Shown here piece by piece: positions 41,263-52,253 of a stretch of DNA of 64,000 nt. The DNA lies in the IMG/VR virus record IMGVR_UViG_3300025949_000016, one strand, 5' to 3'. The DNA comes from a virus. The position numbers were made by a program, and so were the translations under genes. Numbering within the stretch: the stretch's first letter is position 1; each line of letters starts with the position of its first letter. The notes below the pieces were generated by a model. The model was not told where the DNA came from. It made no database searches and saw only the letters and a program-made list of their open reading frames with translations.

Positions 41263-41997
41263 ATGAACAGCGAAATTTATGAGAAAAACCTACCTATTAT
41301 AGAAGAACTCTATAGAAAAAAAACAGGTTATTATATAAAAGTAGCCTATAATATTTGCAAAGATATGAATATAGCTAGAGAAGTTGTATCTGATGCATTT
41401 TATAAAATTCTTAACTATGATAAATTACTAAAACCTGCCTATGAATCACACTCTTTAATGATATTGGTTGTTAAACAACAATTATTTAATAAATTTAAGA
41501 GAAATTCCATTAAGAAAAAAATAATGGAGCTTATTGATTATGAATTAGTCACAGAACCCAATCTTGGTAAGATATCTTTATATCCTACTAGTTCTGTTAT
41601 ACAAAAGCGAGTAGAAAAGCTATCAGAACGAGATAAAATAATTATTAAGTCCCGTTATTATAAAGAAATGTCACTAAAGGATATGGCTGATATCTACAAG
41701 ATGAATCTTAAACAAATTCCAACAGTTTGTCAAAGAATACTTAATAGGCTAAAAAGAAAAGATCCTACAGAAAATAGACGAGGATGGAATCAAAAAGCCA
41801 ATCGAGAAACTGCTCGTAAGCCGCCCGCTTTTGCGTTTGAAATCATAAAAATGAGGACATTGGGGCTTACTTATACAGAAATAGGTAAGGCTCTAGAGAT
41901 GAATGCAAAAAAAGTAAAAAATACCTATAATCATTATGAAAGAAAAATAAAGAACGGTATTATTGATAAAGAAACACTTCTTACTATAAAAAATTAA
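41263..41997 (+). CDS. sigma70/ECF-like factor with an extra C-terminal HTH
   Basis: region 2-like 'IAREVVSDAFYKI', region 4-like 'KLSERDKIIIKSRYYKEMSLKDMAD', additional 'GLTYTEIGKALEM'. Confidence 0.7.
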   Translation: MNSEIYEKNLPIIEELYRKKTGYYIKVAYNICKDMNIAREVVSDAFYKILNYDKLLKPAYESHSLMILVVKQQLFNKFKRNSIKKKIMELIDYELVTEPNLGKISLYPTSSVIQKRVEKLSERDKIIIKSRYYKEMSLKDMADIYKMNLKQIPTVCQRILNRLKRKDPTENRRGWNQKANRETARKPPAFAFEIIKMRTLGLTYTEIGKALEMNAKKVKNTYNHYERKIKNGIIDKETLLTIKN

Positions 41998-43083
41998 CTT
42001 TTATGAAAAAGAAAAGACTTTTTTTAATATTGCTTAAAATGGCAATACCAAACTTATTAACAGTAAATACACATGATGATATGTCATGTAGCATTTCTTA
42101 TCGAGCAGGTGATTCTATAGGACATTTAGAGTGTAGTTTAAAAGAGTATGAAACCGCAGCTAATTATCAAGGTAAAAAGTTTGCTGGATTTATGGATCAA
42201 CTAATCCTTAATACATGAAAACAATATTCTATGTCTTAATAGTGTATGGATGTCCAGCAGCTGCAATAGTATCTCTAGTTTTCATACCTATTTATTGGGA
42301 TAATACTGGGCCATTTAAGGGATATGCTATCATTAAAAAATATACCACTGAAAGTGGAGATAGAAGACTTATTATTACTAAAAATGGAGATACAAGAGAT
42401 GTGAGGGATTCCGACTCTAAAATATATAACCTAGGAGATACTTTAAAATAATCCTTTATGACAGTACAAAATAAATTGATTGAATTAAAGATTAGTTTTA
42501 AAGTAAAGGATTTTTATCCCCACCATTATTTATTGATTGAACTAAAAAATAATGAGGTTTTATTCTTAGATACGGAAGAATGTGTAAAAAAAAGACATTT
42601 CAGCGCCATGTATTCTTATGAAATATCTTGCTATAATAGTCTAGCATATCCTCACTTAATTCACTTTACTGAGATTACCCATACTAAAGAAGGTAGAAAG
42701 ATCATGGAAAGATATACTTCTATTTCAAGAATTCATTTATACAATAAACATGACAACACTCACTAGGAGAATTATTAAAGCATATACTTTAATAGGGTTT
42801 ATTGTATGTATAATAATTCTAAATTGCAAATCTTGTAATCATGAGCAGACTATGCTTATGTTATGGGGATTTGGACTTCCATTATTTTTTATGGTAGCAG
42901 ATACCTTTAACAGACATATTGAGTAACTTACTACCTTAATTATAAAATCAATCTTGCACTAGCCTTTTGGACCTTAGATCCTTATCAACTTCTTACAGTT
43001 GATCGGTGCACAGATTGATTGTAATGTTTAAATACCGTTAAAAGCCACGGTTTCTTATTTTTTAACAATTTAAACAGTTTTTT

Positions 43084-43614
43084 ATGATTAAGGTATTAGA
43101 CCACGGGGCAAAGACCCGTATCAAAGATCCAGTAACCGGAAAATGGAACGAAATGATTAATGTTCGTTTCATTGAAGAAGGACGTTCTGGTGGTAATGTA
43201 CAAATGAGTGAATCAACCAGCTTTTTGGACTCCGTAATGGGAGAACAAACTGGTCTTGCTACTCGTAGAATACATACCCATCCAGTATTGGCTAGTAAGA
43301 TAGATTTGTTTCCGGTAGGTAAAACATTACCTGGCCACATTAATCGTAACTTGTATTCTACACCTCAACTAAGGCAACAAGAGGGTGTAGATGCACGTAT
43401 GATAGATGGTAAACTTACCTATTTTACTACATACTTGTCTAGTAAACCTGAAGCAGACAGAGACTCTAGATGGTCCATTAGCGAGACATTGCTCGTTGAT
43501 CCACAAGGTCTTAAACATGTCCAATTAGGTTCTGCACTAGTAGAAGTATTGGAAGAGCATCCTGGTGAAGTCATCCAAGGTCCTGGCGCTCCAGGAGAAG
43601 AATTGGGTGAATAA
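43084..43614 (+). CDS. hypothetical protein, possibly ssDNA-binding
   Basis: beta-rich with acidic C-tail, followed by terminator-like hairpin 43633-43660; function is inference. Confidence 0.45.
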   Translation: MIKVLDHGAKTRIKDPVTGKWNEMINVRFIEEGRSGGNVQMSESTSFLDSVMGEQTGLATRRIHTHPVLASKIDLFPVGKTLPGHINRNLYSTPQLRQQEGVDARMIDGKLTYFTTYLSSKPEADRDSRWSISETLLVDPQGLKHVQLGSALVEVLEEHPGEVIQGPGAPGEELGE

Positions 43615-45002
43615 TTCCAATTAAAAGCTGAATAAGGGAGGAGGTAACACTTCTCCCTTATTTATTACTAACGAAAATTACCATATGGTTTTTATATTAA
43701 TACTTATTATACTTTTTGGGTAGACTCGCTTTCAGTAATAAGTATTGTAAAGAGTGTAAATTGTAATTTTGAATCTTTGCCATGAACCTCTGTGTTTCTA
43801 CATGGAGGTTTTATTTTAAAACTTATTTTATGAGATATGAAAGAATAACTAGAAAACTAAAAGGAGAATTAATTGAATCACTTATTAAATCACCTCACTT
43901 TAATATCAATGATTTAGCCGTAGAGAGTGATAAGATGATTGACTGTTGGACTTTTTTATCCAAGAGTGAGCCTTATTTTGGTTATAGCTTAGAAAAAACT
44001 GAAACAGGAGAATTTTATGAATTCTTTTCAAATTAAACTATTATGATTCGAGAATTTTCACAGAAAAATAATATCTTTTACCTTGCTTTTTTAGTAGCAG
44101 AGTTAGATGATATAGGAAAAGATACACTTATTTACACGGCAAAAACCCGCCCAAAAGAGTTTCTAAATAAACTTATTCATACTCCTTTATTTGAATTACA
44201 CGAGTATTTAAAGAAGGTTGAAAAAGAAATGAAGAAAGAAACTAACAATGCATTAAATATTATTCTATATTCTTAACTTGTTAAACACTTATTATGCATG
44301 TAATTATAACGGTGGTTACTGTTCTTTACATTGTTATTAAATTCTTATTTAAAGCAGCTTATGCACCACCTAAGAGACATCGTTGATTAGTAGGCGTTGT
44401 TGACACATGGGGAGGTAGGTACAAAACTATCTCCCTTTCTTATTTATTTTAAAAATCACCATACATGAAAAATTTTATTGTCTTTTTACTCTTTTTTGTT
44501 GAATTTATCTTACTCTCTTGTTTTATTGGGTTTATTTGGTATTTAGCTGATAATGGAATGCCTTTTGCACACGTTCATTACCTTGAAAAAATGACCTCTG
44601 TACTTTTAGTAGTAATAGGACTAGCAGGTCCCGCAACTGCTGGAATATTTGTTGGCAACAGAATAAGTAAATTAATAGATTAAATTATATATATGACCAA
44701 AAGTAAATGGCTAAGAACAAAAAAGAATAATGGACCTCACGCTAAAGCAAGAAGAATTATTGCATTAGCAGCTCTTGAGAAACAACTTGAAATAATAAAT
44801 AATTCTATAACAAGAGATAAAGAAACAATAAAAGACTATAAAAATCCAAATAAAAAGCAAGTATTAGAAGAAGAATTTATAAAAAGAAATATATTAATTC
44901 TTGAGAAAGGCATTGAAAAAGATTATCCTAAGAAAATAGCAAGAATAAAGAAAGAAATTGAAATATTAAAAACAAGAATCTAATAATTAAAATCCGTATT
45001 TT

Positions 45003-45176
45003 ATGGCAGAAATGCAAAAAGTCCAATGTAACTGTGAAAATTCCTTCTTAGATAAGCAACTTGGCTCAGGTATAAGATGGGGAAATCCAACCGGAAAAAT
45101 GGATAAAGGAGATCTTTATCGTTGTGTTTCATGTGGAAAAGAACATAGTATCGTTAAACATCCAAAGAAAAAATAA
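45003..45176 (+). CDS. small Zn-ribbon-like protein (57 aa)
   Basis: manual translation MAEMQKVQCNC...YRCVSCGKEH. Confidence 0.6.
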   Translation: MAEMQKVQCNCENSFLDKQLGSGIRWGNPTGKMDKGDLYRCVSCGKEHSIVKHPKKK

Positions 45177-45199
45177 AATCTTTTAAACAAAAAACAAGT

Positions 45200-45550
45200 A
45201 TGATTAAAAAAACAATGTTTCTTTTGCTAGCAGCCGTGCTAGCTATTACTTATGTGAAAGGCCAACAAGTTCAGGTCTCTGGCTATGATACTGCTAAAAC
45301 AGGTTGTACCTACGTCATTAATCCACAAACTTTTGAATTAAAGAGTGGATATTTAATGAGAGTTACCGCCTATCAGTGGGATTATCAACCTGCCCAGGGA
45401 AATAAACAGAACGCAGACTCACTAACACTTGTGAAGGTTAAAAAACCAGTAGCCAATAGTTATTACCTGATCCGAGATTCAGCTAATAAAAGAATTTGGG
45501 TTAAGGTTCAACCTATACAAGATTTCAATGTTGACTTTACACTTAAGTAA
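45200..45550 (+). CDS. secreted hypothetical protein
   Basis: signal peptide ending VKG-Q. Confidence 0.6.
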   Translation: MIKKTMFLLLAAVLAITYVKGQQVQVSGYDTAKTGCTYVINPQTFELKSGYLMRVTAYQWDYQPAQGNKQNADSLTLVKVKKPVANSYYLIRDSANKRIWVKVQPIQDFNVDFTLK

Positions 45551-45584
45551 ACCCTTTTTATTAATTTTTCAATAATTGTTTTTT

Positions 45585-46220
45585 ATGGAACATCAAGCAA
45601 ACACCGAAAGCCTGAATTTAGAAGCACTCAAGAAACGTGATTACATTATCCTAGTGGATAAGAGTGGTTCTATGAGTGAAAGAGATTGTCCTAATAACAT
45701 GACGCGTTGGATGTATATGCAAGAAGAAGTTCTTGCCCTTACTCGCAAAGCGCTAGAGTGGGATGATAACGGTATTACTGTAGGAGTTTTCAATAACAAA
45801 TGGAAATTCTACGAAAATGTTAACAGTGAAGATGTAGTTAAGAAGATCTTTACTGAGAACGAGCCAAGCGGCACTACCAATACTGCAGGTGTACTCAACG
45901 AAGTTCTTAACACCTACTTGAACAATCGTGCTAATGCTAAACCCATTACAGTAGTAGTAGCTACAGATGGTCAACCTGATAGCAAGGATGAGCTTCGTAA
46001 GACAATCATTCACGCTGCTAATACTATTGAGCGCGATGAAGAGATTGGTATCTCTTTTGTTCAAATTGGTAAGAACGGTGAAGCCACCGCTTTCTTGAAA
46101 GAGTTGGATGATGATCTTCAGGGTGAAGGTGCTAAGTTTGACATTGTAGATTGTGTAACTTGTGATGAAATGGGTGATAAATCCATTACTGACATCCTTG
46201 TTGGCGCAGTTTGTGATTAA
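45585..46220 (+). CDS. von Willebrand factor A (vWA) domain protein
   Basis: MIDAS DKSGS, GTT, VATDGQP, FVQIG, LDDDL; ATG at 45585. Confidence 0.88.
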   Translation: MEHQANTESLNLEALKKRDYIILVDKSGSMSERDCPNNMTRWMYMQEEVLALTRKALEWDDNGITVGVFNNKWKFYENVNSEDVVKKIFTENEPSGTTNTAGVLNEVLNTYLNNRANAKPITVVVATDGQPDSKDELRKTIIHAANTIERDEEIGISFVQIGKNGEATAFLKELDDDLQGEGAKFDIVDCVTCDEMGDKSITDILVGAVCD

Positions 46221-46598
46221 TGATTAACAGTAAAGGGAGTGGTTTTCTATTTCTTTGATCTCTCCACTCCCTTTATCTTATAACTTTTAAATTTAATTTT
46301 ATGTGGTTTATAGTAGGTTTTATAATAGGTTGTGTTGTTGGTGTATTATATGGTAAGAAGATTGCAGCTAAAGCCGCTGAAAAAGCAGCTGAAATTGCTC
46401 AAAAAGCTAGTGATTTAAACAAAAAAGTACAAAGTAAATGACACCTTTAGTTTGGTTATTCTTCTTTTTAGCTTGTTTTTTCTCCTGGTATATTACACGT
46501 AAAATAACCGTCTTTTTAGAAAGAAGAAAGTTCAAATCTATTTTAAAAGATATTGATAAGACGCATGGAACTGCTTATCATAAATTTAGATACAACAA

Positions 46599-47255
46599 AT
46601 GATACAATCATTACTGATTATACTTAACTTGTTCCTGGTTGAAGTTAGTTTGAGTTTAGATAATTCTGCTGTCATATCACTGCTAGTAAAGAATTTACCA
46701 CCTAAAGATAGACGTAAAGGACTTACCTATGGTTTACTAGGAGCTTTCTTGTTTCGTGGACTGTCTTTATTTGTAGTAAACTGGCTAGTGAAACTATTCT
46801 ATTTAAAAATATTAGGAGGCCTTTACTTAATATGGCTAACATTTAAGTATAATAACGGTAATGATAAAATTATCAAAACGTATTCCAACTTATGGAGAGT
46901 TATACTAAGTGTTGAGATCATTGATTTAAGCCTCAGTTTAGATAATATTTTTGCTTGTGCTTCTTTAACTTCTAACATCTATCTAATATGGATAGGAGTC
47001 TTCTTAGGTATTATTGCTATGCGTTTTGTAGCAAGTTGGTTTACTATTTTACTTAACAAATATCCTTACTTAGAAACCGCAGCTTATTGGGTTATATTCT
47101 TACTAGGCTTAAAATTAATTATAGAAGGTATAGGTAAATGGATTAATCCTACTTTCTATATATCTGAAACGATTAATTTTATATTTAGTGGAGTAAATAT
47201 GGTTATATTTTTATTACCTATTATATTTAATAAAAATGGAAAAGATAAATCTTGA
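46599..47255 (+). CDS. terC: TerC-family integral membrane protein
   Basis: EVSLSLDNSAVI, GLLGAFLFR, IDLSLSLDNIFA, GIIAMRF, YPYLE. Confidence 0.88.
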   Translation: MIQSLLIILNLFLVEVSLSLDNSAVISLLVKNLPPKDRRKGLTYGLLGAFLFRGLSLFVVNWLVKLFYLKILGGLYLIWLTFKYNNGNDKIIKTYSNLWRVILSVEIIDLSLSLDNIFACASLTSNIYLIWIGVFLGIIAMRFVASWFTILLNKYPYLETAAYWVIFLLGLKLIIEGIGKWINPTFYISETINFIFSGVNMVIFLLPIIFNKNGKDKS

Positions 47256-47493
47256 TAAGATATTAAGCGATGTTGGTTATATAGGTCCAAGAGATGATGA
47301 CAAAGAATTAAATAATATGCCAATGTCATTAATAAAAGAATTAATGAAAGAAACTGCTAAAAAAGCCTTACAATTAGCTGCGGATAATGCAACAGCTACA
47401 GCTCATGAAGATTCAAGTGATTATGGAACAGGAAAAATATGGGCTACAATAGACAAGCAAAGTATACTTTCAATTGAAAAACTTATTGAATAA
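47236..47493 (+). CDS. hypothetical protein, paralog of 37181-37414
   Basis: see shared motifs under 37181. Confidence 0.7.
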   Translation: MEKINLDKILSDVGYIGPRDDDKELNNMPMSLIKELMKETAKKALQLAADNATATAHEDSSDYGTGKIWATIDKQSILSIEKLIE

Positions 47494-47520
47494 TATTAAC
47501 TACTCTGTGAAAACTAAAAT

Positions 47521-47592
47521 GGTTCCATAACACAATGGTTAGTGTAATCGCCTTCTAAGCGATCTATTCCAGTTCGACCCTGGATGGAACTT
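47521..47592 (+). tRNA. tRNA-Arg(UCU)
   Basis: canonical cloverleaf; ATCGC-CT TCT AA-GCGAT; T loop TTCGACC; no encoded CCA. Confidence 0.9.
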
Positions 47593-48070
47593 CAAAAATA
47601 AATTTGGTAGTTTAGTTGCTTTCAGAGCAGAAAAATATAAATTCAAGATAATTCTTGATACTGTATCAGTTATTAATAACTCTATTGATATAGTAGAAAA
47701 AGTAAATTATAATCTAACTTATAATGAAATTAACAAGTTATGACAGATAAACAATTTCTAACTAAACTAGAAAAGAAATTTCCATATGCCTATTCTTTAA
47801 TTCCAAAGATTATGTGGATATGGATATTCAATAATCTTTATAATGACAAAGTAATAAAATAAAGCTTATGTTTATAGAAATAGATGGATTTATAATCAAC
47901 AGTCATTATATTAAAAGAACATCAGATATATTTAAAATGCCACTTGCTAGTACAAGAGCTTTTAACATATACATTGTGGATTCAGAACCAGTAACAATTA
48001 AAGGTACTGAAGAAGAAATTCTTATTAAGCACAAGAAATTACAAAAAATCTTAATAACTAGAAAAGTAAA

Positions 48071-48547
48071 ATGAAACTCGCTGTTATTGGAGAAAACTTT
48101 CAGTTCTTACAAGAAGAGTGTTATTCTGGAGAAAGATCTGTCAAGATTAACAGTCTACTCACTGATTATTTAATGGACTATAAAAATGTGGTTTGTGTTA
48201 CTAATTTAGATCCTGGCGTTGGGTTTATCTGGTCTTATTTAGCTATTGAAGAAAATCTTCCTTTAGTTGGTATAATACCTACTTCTAATTTTTCTACAGA
48301 TTTCTGCGCATTAGATGAAGGATTATATAAAGAAATGATTGGATATAAGAATATGGAACTGCTTATTTATGGTTCAGGAGATGTTACAGAATATAAGAAA
48401 GAAAATAGAAACCGCCACATTATCTATAATTCTGATATTACTTTATTATTAGGCAGTAGTACGATTATTAAAAACTTAAGTCATTACGCCAATTATTTAA
48501 AAAAAGAAATTATTACTATTTCTACTGAACAAATACTTAAATTATGA
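48071..48547 (+). CDS. divergent SLOG/YspA-like protein
   Basis: MKLAVIG, LDPGVG..W..LA, RNRHIIYNSD align loosely with ORF 38412. Confidence 0.55.
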   Translation: MKLAVIGENFQFLQEECYSGERSVKINSLLTDYLMDYKNVVCVTNLDPGVGFIWSYLAIEENLPLVGIIPTSNFSTDFCALDEGLYKEMIGYKNMELLIYGSGDVTEYKKENRNRHIIYNSDITLLLGSSTIIKNLSHYANYLKKEIITISTEQILKL

Positions 48548-49546
48548 AATATTATTTACCGTATGTTTGTGTTATTTTAGCTTGTTTTGTAGATTGGAAA
48601 CTAGCACTTATTATAGTAGGAGCTTACCGGTTATTAGTAGGAGGTGGTGTAGAAATAGCTACTATTATAAAACTACAAAAAGATAACAAATACATGATTT
48701 GGTTTACCAAAGAATCCAAAACTATTATTGGTGAAATTGGACAATTAAAAAAAGAGATATTAGAGATAGCAAATCTGTATAGTATAAGAGAACCTTATTT
48801 TGAGCAGTTTTACTATAAAGAAGAACTCTTATTTTCTTATGATTATAGTAATAAAAAGTTAATCCGCAGCTATACAGGTAATGATGAGCAAATTTTACCT
48901 ATTTTTAATAATATAGACTTAGGTATTAAGATACATGATTTTTGCGTATTAGCAGATGAAAAAGAAAAACTGCTATCTAGAAACTTTGATCATATTCAAG
49001 GAACTAATAAATTTCAATTTTTATTGCATACTATAAGCCATAATTGTTTTATGTATTTAGGAGTAATTGAATTAAATATGTTCTGTATTTATAGAAATTT
49101 CTCTTTTATGGAATCTCTTCTTTTATTATTGTGCTATTTAATCCCCATGAATTATGAAAAAGACCCACAAAAAATTTATAAAAAAGCTTAGAAAATATCT
49201 TAAGGATGCTCCTGATTTGCGTGTAACTCAGGCGCTATATAATTTAGGTGTAACGCTTGGAATAAGGAAAGGCACTGAACTCAAACCAGAATACTACTTT
49301 ATAGATAATTATAATGAGACGGATGAAGTAATTCTAAAAAGAATGAAAAACTTTTTAAAACATGGGAAGAAGCAAAAGATCGAGAAACGGATCGAGGAAG
49401 AAATACAATCATCCACCGGAGGTAATACTCAAGAAGGAGAGTAAAGAATTTATTGAAAGTGGTGGAGAACTTGTGCCTTTATCTCTTTATGGCACAAAAG
49501 TACTCGATTATAATAAAACCCGAGATTTATTAAAGAAATCAAAATA

Positions 49547-49827
49547 ATTGGTATAAATAAAGAGTGAGATAAGTAATAATAATTTCAATCAAGTCTGAGG
49601 ATAGTACAGAACAACGATTGATTAGTTGACCAAGTAGTCTCAATAGAAAGCTTCTATATGTATTAGTCTTTCTAGGTGGATGAACGTGATATGAAAATGA
49701 ACTAAGTAGGTGCGTTTTAACTCCTCATTATGGATAGAAAGATAGTCTTATCGTGAGGTAGGAGCATGACTCCAGTAATAGGTGAAATATTTTGCGGTGG
49801 TCGACTTGTCTCACTCTTTATACCAAT
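49547..49827 (+). ncRNA. candidate structured RNA (~280 nt)
   Basis: TAAAGAGTGAGATAAGT/ACTTGTCTCACTCTTTA 17-bp stem extended by ATTGGTAT/ATACCAAT; TCTTATC-GTGA-GGTAGGA. Confidence 0.6.
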
Positions 49828-50096
49828 GCCTTTAAACTTATTTTTTTTATGGAACAATTTGAAGTTATTTGTGTAAATACAGATACAATAGAAAAAGATG
49901 GAATTTTTTGTACTCCTCATTTATTAAAAAAAGGTAAAATTTATATAGTAGTTGGAAAAGCATTTATAGGTCCTAAAAATTTTCCAGCATATAAAGTAAA
50001 TGATAAATCTGGAAATATAGTAGGATGCGCTCTAATAGAGCGGTTTATTAAACTAGAAAACATAGATGATTTAATTAATAATATAATTACAGAACC

Positions 50097-50498
50097 ATGT
50101 GTGGAAAAATTAAAGCGGGAAATTCCCTTGTTGAGCCCGGAGCGGGTTTAGTAATTCATTATAATGGTGGTACAGATTATAAAAAATGGGGACCTCAACC
50201 ATATAACGCTAAACTTGAAAATCTTAATGGCTACTGGAAAACATTTAATAGAGGCTACATAAAAGTTGATGGATTTTATGAAAAAGATAGTCTATTTGTA
50301 TTACCAACTAACGAACCACTAAATCTCGCAATTATTTATAATATTCATGGATTTGCCATTGTTACTATGTCCTCTAAAGGCACTATAGTAGAAAAAGTTC
50401 ATCATAGAACCGCCGTTATATTATTTAAACCTGAATATTTTTTAAATAGAAAGAATATATGGGGAGGAGATTATTCTCGTTTAATTCAGGTAGCTTAA
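50097..50498 (+). CDS. minimal SRAP/HMCES (YedK-like) protein
   Basis: N-terminal MCG, DGFYE, VHHRTAVIL (cf. HxRMPVIL). Confidence 0.7.
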   Translation: MCGKIKAGNSLVEPGAGLVIHYNGGTDYKKWGPQPYNAKLENLNGYWKTFNRGYIKVDGFYEKDSLFVLPTNEPLNLAIIYNIHGFAIVTMSSKGTIVEKVHHRTAVILFKPEYFLNRKNIWGGDYSRLIQVA

Positions 50499-50824
50499 AA
50501 GCATTAATTATGAAATTACTTATATGGCTTGGTCTTGTTAAAAAATCAGATTATGAAAAATTAGATAACTTAAATAATGAGTTTATTAATAAAGTAAATA
50601 AACTTCAATCAGAAAATAGAGAGTTGCAAGAAAAGCTTACTAGATTACCTTATGAATTTGATAAATTAGTTGAAAAATATAATCAAGGTCAATTAAATGC
50701 GCTTTATTATAAACTTATTAACCACTGTAGAAATAATAAGAAATTTACCTCCATGCTAGAGCGTTGGGATAAAAGGCGTGAAAATGCTATTGAAACGTTA
50801 AAAGAAGATAAACTTTAAAAATTA

Positions 50825-50856
50825 TTTGGAAATCTCCTAATTAATTAGTATCTTGC
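50825..50856 (+). promoter_or_regulatory. putative promoter
   Basis: TTTG-N20-TATCTTGC. Confidence 0.55.
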
Positions 50857-51806
50857 AAAGAAAAAGTAACAAATGATTAGGTGGGAATTAGGTAACGGAA
50901 AAACAATACTTTTAACGCAAGCTCAATTCAATAAAGTATTAGATGATGATTTAGAGCTGGAAAGAATTCTAGCAGAAGATCAAGGCGTCTTTATTGAAGA
51001 TGTCTTTGAAGAAATAAAAGTAAAAGAATTTAAAGAAATCTCTTATCCAGAAGAACCTAAAATAGAAGATCTTCCAGATGAGATAATTAACGATATTAAA
51101 AAAGAATTTGATGGAACTTAAACGATTCACATTTAAGGTGAAAGAAATAGCCAAAACCGGTTTAAATTGGAATGAAACATTAGAAGTAACCATTAAAGAT
51201 ACAGAAAAAATTATTGATGGGTTTACTTTTAGACTACAAGGTTCTATAGCTGGCTGCGGTTTATGCATCGTAAGGTTATTTAACGATAATAATAATACAC
51301 ATAATATAAAATTAATTTTAAAGACCGAGAAAGAAAAAGGTATAACTGCTAAAAGCTATGGAAAAGCTTTAATAGAATTTGTGTCTTCCGGTAATGTTAG
51401 AACAGGTACAGATAAAAAAGGATGCATACTTGCCACATTAGGTAGTAGTTATATTAATAATGAACATGTCCATGGACCACTGCTTAAATTCATAAAAGAC
51501 ATGGGATTTAAAGAAATACTAGAATTTGATAACTTAGCGCATGATACTACCAAAGACACACAAAAGATTTTTGCACTTTCAATATCCAGAACATGAAAAA
51601 TTTAACCGACCTTCAACAAGAATTTATTAATTTATTAGAATCCAGGTTTCAAGTAGAACCTAGTCAAATAGGAATTTTTGATGAAGAAAAAATACCTTAT
51701 TTTGAAAACTTATTTCAAGTAGAAGAACATTTAAAAGAAATTAAACAACAATATGGTTTCAGGGATTCTCTAGATGAGCCTGAAGCTTTACCTTTATAAA
51801 AAATAT

Positions 51807-52166
51807 GGGGCATATTGGTATAGATCCGGAGCGTAGATGGAATAGGCATGCAAGCGGGATGATTTATTACCGCTTTGACAAATTAGAATCAACAACAAAT
51901 GCAAGCTCTAATAAAGCTTCGAGAATTAGCAAAGGTGACGCAGTATTGCGTAGTATTTTTGCTGACGTAGAATTGGAAATGGCTGCGTAATAGCCTGTAC
52001 ATCCCAGTAATCTCAACTGTAAAAAGGAGATAGTGAACTTGTTACTATGATTAGCTAGAAGAATATCAAGTAAATATTTTGCTGATTTAGAAAAATCTTC
52101 AAGCATGTAACTTATAAAGTTGAAACATTCGGAGACACCGAGTTCGATTCTTGGTATGCTCCACCA
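51807..52166 (+). ncRNA. ssrA: tmRNA
   Basis: GGGGCAT/ATGCTCC-ACCA acceptor with G3-U, T arm CCGAG-TTCGATT-CTTGG, tag frame ASSNKASRISKGDAVLRSIFADVELEMAA* at 51901-51990. Confidence 0.92.
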
Positions 52167-52224
52167 ATTCAGCCTCCATGAAGGTTTAACTTTTTGAGTC
52201 ATGGTATATTCGGTTTCAGCCAAT

Positions 52225-52253
52225 AGCCCTTAGAGAAATCTAGGGGCTTTTTT
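52225..52253 (+). terminator. terminator downstream of tmRNA
   Basis: AGCCCTTAGA-GAAA-TCTAGGGGCT-TTTT. Confidence 0.75.

Larger units (their letters stand above)
30533..42766 (+). other. early/accessory region with many short hypothetical ORFs (50-120 aa), several membrane or lipoprotein, interspersed with structured non-coding elements
   Basis: tightly packed co-oriented ORFs with AT-rich leaders (e.g. TAAACTCATTATG, CCCTTCAACATG) and no Shine-Dalgarno. Confidence 0.7.

Noticed and set aside
49598-49618. RNase P RNA call
   Set aside because: Only a CR-I-like match; no CR-V/P4 complement found; kept as an unclassified RNA
51805-51990. 61-aa ORF and the antisense ORF 51867-52223
   Set aside because: Both lie within the tmRNA; the first is the tag frame extended upstream
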